Positions 23,369-34,175 of a DNA stretch of 46,702 bases are shown here, in pieces. The notes beneath the pieces are model-generated. The model searched no databases and was not told the DNA's origin. It saw only the letters and a program-made list of their open reading frames with translations. Numbering within the stretch: the first letter of the stretch is position 1; every line of letters begins with the position of its first letter. Both the position numbers and the translations under genes were made by a program. This DNA comes from Nemertoderma westbladi (lineage: Eukaryota; Animalia; Xenacoelomorpha). The stretch spans positions 1 to 46,702 of the forward strand of contig JAUCBJ010008891.1 of NCBI GenBank assembly GCA_032718475.1. Reading direction: 5' to 3'.

Positions 23369-24868
23369 CTATAAAATATACAAAATCACAGTTTCTAATA
23401 TACGTAAATACTCTAAACAGTTAGTCTTTCTTGCGTGGACGGCGTTTACGCAGTTTTTAAAGCTAGCCAGAGTCCTTTTCTCTTTGGGGCGAGCCACTTT
23501 ACAAGGAGGGCCACAACTCCCGGGTGAAGGGTGCAATATGATTGCATCAGAGGGTGTAGGATTATGGTCGGTGTATCCGCCAGTCGAAGTACCGGGTTGA
23601 TTGACATCAACGTCAGGGGAGAGGGGTCTAACGGCTTTGAGAGCTCGTTTCAAGACAGCCGCTCTTACGGGTCCTTTACGAGTGGTCTGAACGAGGGCCG
23701 TGGGTGGACCATAGGCAGTTAGAAACCTCCGGGGTTTAATGGTCCTTTCCAACTCGCGTTCGCGGGCTCGGTATTCGTAAGGCCGTCGATATACTTCCTG
23801 TAACTCAGGGTGTGAGTTAACAAACAATTCTCCATAGTCCGGATCCTGACGGATATGATTGATTAAGTTATAGGAATGAAGGTCGCTAGGATTAACACTC
23901 CTGAGAAATTTGCGTACGAATTTGGTTGAAATACATTCTCCGACGCGCTTCAGTAGCTCGTAACTTGATATGCGTGATTTCTGTTCAACCGAAGCGAATA
24001 GATAAGGATGTAACGCATAAACTCCTTCGTAAGCGCGTCCGGGATAATAGCGATAGCGCGAATCACAATGTAAATCAGCGTTCGCTTCCCAAGCTCTGAT
24101 GTAACGTAGTGTGATCATTTCATCTACGCTTTCCAAATCGTGATTAAAAGGGCAATCGAAACTGGCATGTCCCTTTAGTTGACAATGGTGACATTGAGTC
24201 ATAAATTGAGGGCAAACCGCAAAAATGTGCAAATTATTAAATCTGCAATACGCGCAACAAATTTCCATCGCCGGTCGTTCGTGGAAATAGGAACAGCGGA
24301 CGTTTGTGTCCATGGGCGTAACATGGTCTCTCGATGCGCATAACCGACAACGTTGCCGAGAAACATAGTTGGCATGGCGATAATCGTACGCAGTGAGATA
24401 TTGTGGACCTTGATACTATTCTAGGATGTAATCATTGTCGCTGTTCCGGGCGCGATAGGCTGAATCTCCTCAGATTCTAGGCATATTGGTTCGTCTTCCC
24501 AGTCTGTTACGAATAGAATTTTCGTGATCTATTCTCGGTTTATCGTTACGACGCCGCTGGGTATGATATTTAAATAGAACCATTTCCCTTTCGGTGTCTA
24601 CATCGTCCGTATCATGTAAATCGATAGGATGGCCGGTAGTTAGGAAGTCCATATACGTACCATTACGATGCGTATAGTGAGCGGTGAATTTTCGATAGTC
24701 CAATTCACGCGTAAGTTGCTCTTGGGACATCGGCGGTTCGATATAACGACCATCGTCCTCCGTAATGGTTGGATCGGTTTCACCGCGTATCAAGCTATCC
24801 ACAAATGCTTGTAAAGGTAGAGCATATCGCTCCCTGATACCAAGATCATCTTCTATCAACTCCGTCAT
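23369..24868 (-). pseudogene. Accessory ORF2 of the BEL element: ~500 codons, Cys/His zinc-knuckle-like protein, interrupted by two in-frame stops
   Basis: Track ORFs 24470-24868 and 23369-24313 are in the same frame. The gap translates *GDSAYRARNSDNDYILE*YQGPQYLTAYDYRHANYVSRQRCRLCASRDHVTP (TGA 24472-24470, TAG 24418-24416). Motifs CRLCASRDH..C, CAYCRFNNLHIFAVC, CHHCQLKGHASFDC. Confidence 0.75.
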
Positions 24869-24948
24869 ATCTGCTATCTGAGTTTATTAATATTGTAATG
24901 AGTTTATGTTTAGGCGAGCGGGCGTCGCTGCCTACCTCTCTTCGCCCC

Positions 24949-25053
24949 CGGACAGTGGGATTCTCAGCGCCGATGTACCGTCGTCGCGGTGTTTACGCCA
25001 ACATGTAGCAACAGCACGACAACGATAACCGGCACAAGTCACTCCACTGTCCG
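24949..25053 (-). other. Conserved long RNA stem-loop upstream of accessory ORF2 (homolog at 214-321 +)
   Basis: Nested stems CGGACAGTGG/CCACTGTCCG, GTGCCG/CGGCGC and a 16-17-bp inner stem with G-U pairs. Compensatory changes relative to the paralog. Confidence 0.7.
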
Positions 25054-25690
25054 TCCCAAAGGCTTGAATCCACTTTAGGTTCTTTCTATAGGAGAGTTGG
25101 GCTACTTTCACAATTGCGACTAGCTACTGTAGACACACCTTAGCAGTAACATTCACTTACAAACGCACAAATTCCACACAACTGTCACCAATTGTACACA
25201 TACAGGCCATTTGTCCGTTAGTCAGTGCCTTCCAGAATGTCACGTTATTACTGTGTATCCTTGGATACTAACAGTGTGCTATGTATTCTCTATGCTATGC
25301 AATGTGACAAGCTTTCTATTGTTCTCTTAACTTGCTTCTAATTCTAGCGTGGGTGTTGCTATGGTGACATTATGGAATGCTAGCGGTAGAATTAGGGTAA
25401 TTCTCATGCATACAGATCTGGGATGCTATTTAATAATAATTCTTTAATTGTCAATATCCTCTTTATGCATGATTTTATTAATTTTATCGGCTATTGACTA
25501 TATGTCGGAGATTCTCGCACGCCAATACACTCAATAGGATGAATCTCCGCTCCCATGATCTATTAATTAATGGAATTTTGGGAATGTTATAAATTGCATA
25601 AAACGACAATTTATGAAATTCATTTAAAATATGAATTTAAATTTATTCCCATGAATTTTATTATTTGATGTTAAAATTGACACAATTTGA

Positions 25691-25948
25691 TTCCAGAGCA
25701 GGTCTGGGGACATAGGATCCTTAATTCTATGAAAATTGTCTTTTAAGAGTATCGGTAAGTGCTGCGATATCTTAATTGACTAGAAATTTAAGAGATCTGA
25801 ATTTTACAGATTTTAATAAATATTAAATTAATATTTAAGATGGGCACCGATTTATTCCAGAACTTGTCTGGGGACGTTAACCACTGATTCTAGAATTTGT
25901 CTTTCAAGTATATCGGTGGGTGCCGCGATATCTTAATCGACTAGAATT
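25691..25948. repeat. Diverged direct duplication (~95-110-bp core, period ~164) in the inter-ORF region of the BEL element
   Basis: ttccag...gtctggggac...tatcggt..gtgc.gcgatatcttaat.gactagaa occurs at ~25691 and ~25855. Confidence 0.7.
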
Positions 25949-26499
25949 ACAGATGGTCAAAAGTTTAACAGATTTATTTGCGTTTTACGCTACTGTTATA
26001 GGGACATCACGCTACTATATGTATTATTTAATATAAGGTAGAAGAGCAATATCGCACGAAGCAATGTCAGTGTGAAGAGGCAAGTCGTTTCCAAGGTCTA
26101 CCCAGAGCTTGGTTTAGCCGAGACACGAGGATCTGAACTTTGCATTCCTAATACTCTGCCTACCAATAATACTTGAATATAGTAGTGGCTTTATTGTACT
26201 TTAATAAGTACGGACGTTTCATCTTACTGTAGTCACGTATTTATAATATGATACGGACAGTAAAGAAAGAGAAAAATAATTATTTCTCGCCGTCGCACTA
26301 AATATATATTATAAGTAATTACGTACGTAATAAACACTAATATTATATTGCACTAATCTACTAAATAATCACTAAAATAACATTCTACTAAATAAAATTA
26401 AAGGAAACGATTATAATAAAATTACATAATAATACATACATAAATATAAAATAAAAACAAATATAAAATGATATGGTCACACGCCCACTCCATATGTTA

Positions 26500-29400
26500 T
26501 TACGTTATGGAGTCCCTAGATATTTGTCGGATTAGGGAAGTGGTCGTAGGAAGAGTATCTTGCCTTCCATAGTTTCCGGACAGTTTTCGGTCTCTTTCCA
26601 GTAAACATAAACGACCAGCTGGGCGATTGAGTTGTTGTGTTACTTTCTCCGCTCCCTTGGCCTGTCTACGCTCCGCCGTGGTAAGATGAGGAGGCCATTC
26701 TTCTTCTTCTTTACTTAAGAAGTCGGATCCACCTAACCAGCCTGGATTATCTATCAGTTCTTGAGGAGTTGCTCCTCTGGAAGCGATGTCGGCTGGATTA
26801 ATCGTCCCAAGGCAATGTCTCCATTGATCTACATTGGAGTTAATATCGTCATTATCTGAGGAGTATGGTGTTCCCTCAGTTGGATCGTCCACATCACTGC
26901 TCTCCACTTCCCATTCCTTTACTTGGTATACCTGTTGTTGAGGTAATCTCTCTTTGAGAGTTCTACGGGAAGGGCCAGTGAAGTACCAACCTACTCTAGT
27001 TCTTACCGCATAGGTTTGTAGTGGCTGCGGTTGAGCAGGCCGTTTCTCCAATGTTTCGAGCGCCTCATGCGCGTTTTGGCCGATGAGTATTTGCACTCCA
27101 GGATAATCTGTCTGGAATCGAGGTATCTTAAGATGTTGGATGCTCTCATCCTCGTCCCAATTATAAAGGTCTGCTTGGGTAGTAGCGAAGTTCTTTATAG
27201 CCACCATTTTTACCGACCTTATACCTTGTGCTCCTAATTTATCCTGGGGGGTGGACAACACACCTACATAGTAATCTGCCGTTAGGGTAGATTTCCAAAC
27301 CTGCATAATTCCTGACATATTCAATTTAGTCCGGAATTTGGGTTGTCCAGCAAAGATATCTTCGGCTAGTTCTTGATCGATGAATGTTCCTGTGCTGCCG
27401 GAGTCAAGGAGGGCGTTCACTATGTAACTTTTGTTAGGACCGTGAACTCTTACCTGCACTACAGGAAATTCTCTGATTCCTACGTTGGAAGTTGGAGCTT
27501 TCCAAGATGGTTGTTTGGCAAAAGTAATTGGGGGAAACTCATTGTTGGTGTCCTTTTCATAAGTAAGTGCTCGATACACTGCGGTATTGATTAGATAACA
27601 GGATTCGTTGGCGTCGGAGAATTCGTCAGTATAGAATCCTTCCATCTCAGACTCCTGATCAGTGTCATTTACATCACTGAATTGGACATGTAGTTCGGGC
27701 TCACTTACCTGACTCTGTTTGTCTCGTTCGAACTCACTGTGTAACAAGATGTGATGTTTCGCGCCACACTTTGCACACTTTACGTCGGAGTAACAGGTTC
27801 GCCGTTGGTGTCCTGATCTGAGGCAATTATAGCATAACCGCTTATTCCACAGGACTGTACGTCTGTCTACAAGGGATTTCTTTAGAAATTCAGCACACGC
27901 ACTCAAACGGTGGGGCCCGTCGCACAGCGCACATTTTGGTTTGATGTTACTCACCTTACCTTGGGTAACGTTATGCACTCTCGTTCTTTCTTCGGGCTTT
28001 CTTCCGTGAATTCTCTTAGGAGACGTAGGAGGAGTTGTTGTTACCTGTTCTCTCCTGTCACTGGTTCGAGACTTGTATTTACTTACGTCTTTATAGGTCT
28101 TGTTGTCATAGTAAGATTTTGCTGTGTCTTTCCAGCTGTCCTCTTCTTGAGAAGCTTGGCTTTCGCCGTCGTCAGTATAACACACTGGTATTATCCTTCT
28201 CCTAGAAACGGGTTTCTCACTTACCTTATTTTCCGATGTTTTCTCTCTGGACTGCTTTATGAGTTGTAATTTTACTTCACTATCTAAGAAGGACATGAGA
28301 TCAGCCATGGTAGGGCTTCGTCGTTGCTGCTCATTCATATACAACACTTTCTTGTCCCAGCGTGTACATACTCCACCCTTTGGTAAAGTAGAGACTACTG
28401 CTCCAATAACCATGGAACTCTGATATTCATGAGACTTACCTAACCAGTCCAATTGTCTACAGATTTCCTGAATCTCATCGGAAAACTCTATAATACCGCT
28501 ACTAAGGAAGTTTCGGGGGGCTACTAATTTTGCATACAAATACTTAGCTATGTTATCCTTGTTACCATACCTGATGTTTAATGTATCCCAAACTTGTCTT
28601 AATCCTTCTGGATGTCCAATAAACTTTAACGCCATTAACTTGGGAGGTCCTTCCAAGCACTTGATGAGGAACCTAAGTTTCTCTCCGTTAGATAGCACAG
28701 AGTTCTGTATGCTGTCTTTGTAATATTCGTTGAAAGGTAACCATTTCATTTCATCTCCATTGAATTTGACGATCTCTCCCACTTTAACCGCTTGGCGGGC
28801 TTCTGTTCTAGCCATCTGACGCGTAAAGCTTTCTTGGGCCATCGTGTTATTTAATATCGAATTATCGGTATATAAATTTCTCGGATCATTGTCAGGTCTA
28901 TAGGGGATATCATGAATAACAGGTCTATAATCACCCTTAATAGGGTTTGCTATAGGAGTTTCTACTTCACTAGCAGTATAGATGCGTGTAGGCTCCACAC
29001 CTTGCGCATGTAATACTTCAGACCTAACAGGTGGACACAATTTTACAGGGGGTATGGGTATACCTTTTTGGATGTTGACTAATTTGTCGCGTTCTAGCGC
29101 GATACTTTGCTGCACTTCTTGCAATTCGGCCCTACCTTCCCTTACTGTTCCCTTAAATTGGTGGACAGTCTCCTGCATCTGTCCGAGCAGGAGATTCATC
29201 CCCCGCCGTCCCTCCTCTACCCACTCAACCGCCGAAGCGGGAGTCGCCAACATTGTAGCGGGCTGACGCGGGACGACGGGAGACAAATCTTTGATTTCTC
29301 TCTCGGCGTCCAGGACAGGGAGGTTCTCATGGACTGTTCTACCGGGTACAGGCAGTGTAGTACTGTGTAGAGGGAATTTAGAGTTAAGCTCTGGAAGTAC

Positions 29401-30651
29401 AGGGGTCTCTAGCACAGGAGTGGCTTTGGGAACGACAGGCCTAATTATTTCAGGCTCATCAACTATTGTAGGGAGTCTTGTGACCTGAATAATTTGTTCT
29501 GTGGGTTCTGTACTACCTAAGTCTGTGCTAGCTAGTTGTCTTCTGACAGCTGGGGGCAAATCAGGCAGTTTATGACGGTGAGATGTTTTTCTACGCCTGC
29601 TTAGACGAGATCTATTTCCTCCGCTTTCAGGATCGGTGGTCTCGCCTTCCTCCGATGATGTGTATCCTTGGCGCTTGGGGGTAGATCGACTCATCATCCG
29701 CATTTGATTAGCAGTTAACTGTTTATTTATGTTGTCTTGCGTCTCTTGCAGATTTTCCAACTCCAGTTGGGTAATCTCCTCAGACGCTCTCCGTTCTGCT
29801 TCTGCCACTGCCTTTGCCATTGCCGCTGCCGCCTTTCTTTCTGCTTCTGCTACCGCTGCCTTTCTTTTTGCTTCTACTTCCGCTGCCTTTCTTTCTGCTT
29901 CTACTTCTGCTATTGCCGCTGCTATTGCTGCTGCCCCTCGTTCCTCTATCTGTTTTTTCTTTATTTGTTCTTCTTGGACTCTAGTGAGGCGGAGTTTTTC
30001 ATCAAATTCAGCTTGGATTGCAGCTAACATTTCCGCATCGATTGCGTCCAACACAAGCTTGGTTCCTTCACTATTAGGGCGAAGTCCAGACAGTCGTCTC
30101 CTCAACTCTTCGTCTCCTATGAATCGCTGATAGTCTGACAGATAGATGTCAATGGCGTCTCTAGTTCGCGGCTTCTCTGCTGCTGTTAATTCGCTTTCCA
30201 CTTCGCTTTCCACCTCGCTTTCCACCTCGCTTTCCACTTGAGAAGAAGTGGCGTCGGTTGATTCTTCATAGGTTGGCCGCTCATCATAAACCGTATCCGC
30301 CATCTTCGCTCCGCGTTCGGGCATCCGCTCAACAGTATCCGAACTACTGGAGCTATCGGGCCGCTGAGAACTAGGTTCTTGGCTAGGAGGTTGCTGCTGT
30401 TTTATAGCTTCTTCTTGATCCCGCTTGACTTGGGCCCGAGTGCCTATGGCAGACCGACGGCGCTTCACTAACTTCGCAAATTGCGAAATCGCTTCTACCA
30501 ACCTAGGTTCTGACACAACCACTGCAGGGGTTGCCCTTCTTACAGTATGAGGGGTTTCAGACCTCGGTCTGGGATTCTCTACACTTTGATCTGAGAAACA
30601 GGCTGTTGTTTCTAGGAGACTATCTGACAGAGTTTGCCTTGTGTCAGCCAT
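26500..30651 (-). CDS. BEL/Pao Gag-protease polyprotein (1383 aa) with short RNase H and integrase C-terminal remnants; lacks RT and integrase core
   Basis: Coiled-coil/low-complexity N-terminus. BEL gag core (KFNGDEMKWLPF...EKLRFLIKCLEG...WDTLNIRYG, DUF1759-like). Three zinc knuckles (CALCDGPHRLSAC, CYNCLRSGHQRRTC, CAKCGAKHHILLH). Aspartic protease ALLDSGS...ILIG...TRVGW. Then QWRHCLGTINPADIASRG...W..G.DFL...WP and RPAGRLCLL. Confidence 0.92.
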   Translation of the reverse strand: MADTRQTLSDSLLETTACFSDQSVENPRPRSETPHTVRRATPAVVVSEPRLVEAISQFAKLVKRRRSAIGTRAQVKRDQEEAIKQQQPPSQEPSSQRPDSSSSSDTVERMPERGAKMADTVYDERPTYEESTDATSSQVESEVESEVESEVESELTAAEKPRTRDAIDIYLSDYQRFIGDEELRRRLSGLRPNSEGTKLVLDAIDAEMLAAIQAEFDEKLRLTRVQEEQIKKKQIEERGAAAIAAAIAEVEAERKAAEVEAKRKAAVAEAERKAAAAMAKAVAEAERRASEEITQLELENLQETQDNINKQLTANQMRMMSRSTPKRQGYTSSEEGETTDPESGGNRSRLSRRRKTSHRHKLPDLPPAVRRQLASTDLGSTEPTEQIIQVTRLPTIVDEPEIIRPVVPKATPVLETPVLPELNSKFPLHSTTLPVPGRTVHENLPVLDAEREIKDLSPVVPRQPATMLATPASAVEWVEEGRRGMNLLLGQMQETVHQFKGTVREGRAELQEVQQSIALERDKLVNIQKGIPIPPVKLCPPVRSEVLHAQGVEPTRIYTASEVETPIANPIKGDYRPVIHDIPYRPDNDPRNLYTDNSILNNTMAQESFTRQMARTEARQAVKVGEIVKFNGDEMKWLPFNEYYKDSIQNSVLSNGEKLRFLIKCLEGPPKLMALKFIGHPEGLRQVWDTLNIRYGNKDNIAKYLYAKLVAPRNFLSSGIIEFSDEIQEICRQLDWLGKSHEYQSSMVIGAVVSTLPKGGVCTRWDKKVLYMNEQQRRSPTMADLMSFLDSEVKLQLIKQSREKTSENKVSEKPVSRRRIIPVCYTDDGESQASQEEDSWKDTAKSYYDNKTYKDVSKYKSRTSDRREQVTTTPPTSPKRIHGRKPEERTRVHNVTQGKVSNIKPKCALCDGPHRLSACAEFLKKSLVDRRTVLWNKRLCYNCLRSGHQRRTCYSDVKCAKCGAKHHILLHSEFERDKQSQVSEPELHVQFSDVNDTDQESEMEGFYTDEFSDANESCYLINTAVYRALTYEKDTNNEFPPITFAKQPSWKAPTSNVGIREFPVVQVRVHGPNKSYIVNALLDSGSTGTFIDQELAEDIFAGQPKFRTKLNMSGIMQVWKSTLTADYYVGVLSTPQDKLGAQGIRSVKMVAIKNFATTQADLYNWDEDESIQHLKIPRFQTDYPGVQILIGQNAHEALETLEKRPAQPQPLQTYAVRTRVGWYFTGPSRRTLKERLPQQQVYQVKEWEVESSDVDDPTEGTPYSSDNDDINSNVDQWRHCLGTINPADIASRGATPQELIDNPGWLGGSDFLSKEEEEWPPHLTTAERRQAKGAEKVTQQLNRPAGRLCLLERDRKLSGNYGRQDTLPTTTSLIRQISRDSIT
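30190..30240. repeat. 12-bp coding tandem repeat (EVES)n in gag
   Basis: tcgctttccac(c/t) x4. Confidence 0.85.
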
Positions 30652-30785
30652 GTTTGATTGTACAGTTGAATGCCTACTGCTATATTACAGTTAAAGCAAG
30701 TCTAGTAATTCAGTATCGCTGTTAGCCTAATAATTAATTACCGATACTGCTACTCAGTGTAGCGTGATATATATATAATATATTA

Positions 30786-31038
30786 GAATACCGGTATGCT
30801 TATAATATATATATAAGTATTATTACAGACTAGATTTGTCACAGAGTACCGGTATATAAATTTAGCACAAATATATATAAATATATAATAGGCCTATCGT
30901 GAATACCGGTATACAGCTGACACTTATAGTATATATAAGTATAATTATTACAGACTAGAATTAATTGCAGAATAACGGTATGATTTCAGCCCAAATTTAT
31001 AGAAATAAATATAATAAGCCTATGGTAAATACCGGTAT
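30786..31038. repeat. Degenerate AT-rich tandem duplication (~115-125-bp unit) in the BEL 5' leader
   Basis: gaataccggtat...tatataagtat..tattacagactaga...tt.agc.caaat.tata occurs twice. Confidence 0.65.
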
Positions 31039-32010
31039 GTCAATTATTTTAGAATAATTGAATTTCTGAATATTTTAGGGTTACTTGGTTACTTTAACTT
31101 ACTTTGTTACCGTTATTTAAGCAGTAGTCCAACTGATTTTGAGACCTAGTTGTTGTATGGCAGGCCTACTATTTATAAATCGTTTGAGTTGATTTATAAT
31201 ATATATATACCCGTTTAAAAGGGTTTTGTCAATATTTGAAATAAATGTTATTATTTCTGGGGGGTCACTACACAGAAGCTGTGCGCTCTCAGTGAAGTGC
31301 TATTTATGGGACACTAAAACAGATAATTCTAATTTACCTAAGTTACTTAATACTACAAATTACTTACGATACGGGTGAGATTAAATCTCTAATTAAACAC
31401 AACAAAATATTACGTACGAATTTTTAGGGTAATTTTACAGGAAGTCTACAAACCAGTCTAACAAAGGGTTAGAATTCTGGTTATTACAACGGACAGGGTA
31501 CTACGGTATTTGAAATAATAAGTAGTAGTAAATACACTGCGTTGTCCAGATAGGAAAATACCACCGCCTGACGACCTATAACCATATCGCTATAGGTACT
31601 ACGTTATGTATCACGGAGTGTTCCTACCTAGAAGTTAATTACCGCGGACTACCAGATCCAGCGTGCCTATTAACCACTTTACAACACAAATATACTGCCT
31701 ACACACTAATTACTTCGGAAAGCACTGTACACTAAACCCTAAATTAGGTACAAGTACTGGTACAACAAATAATCAGTAGTTAAATATACTTGAACAGTTA
31801 AAAGAACCACGGCATCTGCTGGAGTGACCGGTGCACAAAATCACCAGTCTTGTCCTACGCCAAGCAGCCCGTGTAGTACCGGGGTTAATTTAACTATAAC
31901 GGTATGTGTAACAAGCACAATTACTGTAGGAATAAACTTGGGGACATGAATGTTGCGAATAATCGCATAAACTCTGAATAATAAATATTACGCTACCCGT
32001 ACAGAATACT

Positions 32011-32556
32011 CAAACAAAATACAAACCAAAACGCTGGCAGACTACCACCAAGCCTAAATAAACTACTGTATGTGCAGATTCCAAAATGGTTAGTTAGTAT
32101 GCGTTCTAACACGGTAGTACGACTTATTCTTTAAGAGGGGATTGACCTTACAGCTATGACTGCCCCAACTTACTAACTGGCACTTTATCAGACAAACTCT
32201 ACACAAGCAGCAATCTCTTCAGACCTAATAATAGCTAGACAACAATCCAGCCTACAAAATATCTGAGTAATAACTATTACGGTACCTGAACAGACCACAC
32301 AAACAAACACAGGCCAAAACGTTGGCAGAATACTGTCAAGCCTAAATAAACTACAGTATGTGCAGATTCCAAAATGGTTAGTTAGTATGCGTTCTAACAC
32401 GGTAGTACGACTTATTCTTTAAGAGGGGATTGACCTTACAGCTATGGCTGCCCCAACTTACTAACTGGCACTCTATCGGACAAACTCTACACACGCCATA
32501 ATCTCTCCAAACCCAACAACAATCCGACAACAGTCCGGCCTACAGTTATCTGAGCA
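32011..32556. repeat. Tandem duplication (period 288 bp) in the BEL 5' leader
   Basis: The block agcctaaataaactac.gtatgtgcagattccaaaatggttagttagtatgcg...ctgccccaacttactaactggcact occurs at ~32051 and ~32339. Confidence 0.9.
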
Positions 32557-32725
32557 ATCTGAGCAGACTTACACGTCTTCAGCTCAATATTAACTTACTA
32601 GGAAATAAAACTGACAGAAATAAGTAAACTATTCAAAAGAATGAGGGGTGATCAATCCCTATTCCCCTGGCAGCCTACAATATACAATAGATCACAATCG
32701 AAATAATACTAATGTACTTATACTG

Positions 32726-32851
32726 GAAGTACCGGTTGGGACAGTTGGGCCTACGGACCTACAGAAGTACCGGTTCTGGCAGTTGGACCTACGGACCTAC
32801 AGCAGTACCGGTTCTGGCAGTTGGGCCTACTGACCTACAGAAGTACCGGTT
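32726..32851. repeat. 38-bp tandem repeat (~3.3 copies) just inside the 5' LTR
   Basis: gaagtaccggttctggcagttgggcctacggacctaca repeated. Confidence 0.9.
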
Positions 32852-32917
32852 CAGGTTTACCGGTTGACCGGTACTTTCAACTTTATTGCTTACTGCAATA
32901 AAGTCAATAACTGTTAT

Positions 32918-34175
32918 TGTACGCGCTTTTGAAGACCTTTAGCAGTTTAACCTGCCAAATTTATATGTCTTTTGGTTTATAAATAGACTTTAGAAGATGA
33001 CAAATATTTAATACCAATAAACACAACATTAGCAGAAGCCAGCCTAGTGCGCGTCCATTCACCCGCTGGATATACCCGGGGGGCTGGATTCTGAGGGCTT
33101 AGATTATTATTGCAGTGTAAGCTTACTGTATTGTATTATTCGATTGATCGTTAATAAATAATTTCTGACTAATATTATTCACTTTCGGGAAATATTAACA
33201 GTTCCTTTAGGACGTGGCGCTCTATCTAGGTAAACAGAGATATGACTTATACTAATCACAACGGTAAGTCGGTAAGGCTTATGATTCACGTATGAGGCGC
33301 ATTCTTTAGGAAATGCTTAGTTATCAGTCACAATCATGCACACTACCGGTAACACACAATACTGCTTACTAATTTGCCGACCGTCAATGAATTTTATCAT
33401 ATATAAAGCGAACAGCAATTGACTCATGTAGGGCTTACCAAATAGCATTAAATTCACTACAAACCACAACAATATAAGTCGCAATTGCTATATATAACCC
33501 GTCTCTCTAACCTGTAGTGTATCAAGAAAATTGGGAAATTTGGGTTCTTTATAAATGTTCTCTAAATAATATTCAACCAAACAACAGCAAACCATTAAGA
33601 CGGTAGGTTAAGATATGATATGACAATGTACTGATATGGACCGATATGTGAGTTGTTATGAACCGATAACAGTTATACGCTCTATAATCTTAAGCCTACT
33701 AATGTTTCTTCTAAAGTCTGAAACGAATTGACTCTAGAGCCGTTGTTCCTGGCCTAGATAGCAATAACACAAAGTATCAAGTAAAAACAGTAAGACTGAA
33801 CACTCTCCTTATGATCGGCCGAAAAGCTACACGTCGACAGGAAAAATCGCTCTGATTGGCTCAAGCCAAACAAAGAACCATGCGTCCAATGGCTGTTTCC
33901 ATGTCAGCAACCAGCTGTTAGATGTCGTAATATGAATCATCACGGCTAAGCTGTGAAAGGTATTTGGTGCATTGCAGGTTTTTTGCCTTACCATGTCCGC
34001 TAAAACACGTATATAGCAGAATGACTTTTATGTCCGTTAAAACACCTGTAACGGTACCTTGCGGGCGAGGGGAATATATATACAGTTAGAGAACCTTTTT
34101 AGAGTATTCCAGCGCCTGGGGGGAAACTGGATTGCGAAGCAAAGGGGCCAGTTATATCCCACAGAAGCTTTTACA
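32918..34175 (-). repeat. 5' LTR (1258 bp)
   Basis: Minus strand TGTAAAAGCTT...GCGCGTACA. Near-identical to 22085-23342. Contains CCAAT boxes (33854-33859, 33886-33890) and a TATA-like TTATAGAG (33680-33687). Confidence 0.97.

Larger units (their letters stand above)
22085..34175 (-). mobile_element. Full-length non-autonomous BEL/Pao LTR retrotransposon (12,091 bp)
   Basis: Two 1258-bp direct LTRs with TG...CA termini, PPT next to the 3' LTR, internal Gag-protease ORF with BEL-type motifs, no RT domain. Confidence 0.93.

Noticed and set aside
24416-24472. Programmed stop-codon readthrough in accessory ORF2
   Set aside because: Two different stops 18 codons apart with no CARYYA-type context. 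Nonsense mutations are simpler; not fully excluded without other copies.
23369-24868. env gene
   Set aside because: No signal peptide, fusion-protein cysteine pattern or transmembrane anchor; the protein is zinc-knuckle-like instead.
27031-30725. Plus-strand ORFs overlapping gag (also those antisense to the RTs and at 42771-44802)
   Set aside because: Antisense shadows of real coding frames or low-complexity sequence, with no recognisable motifs.
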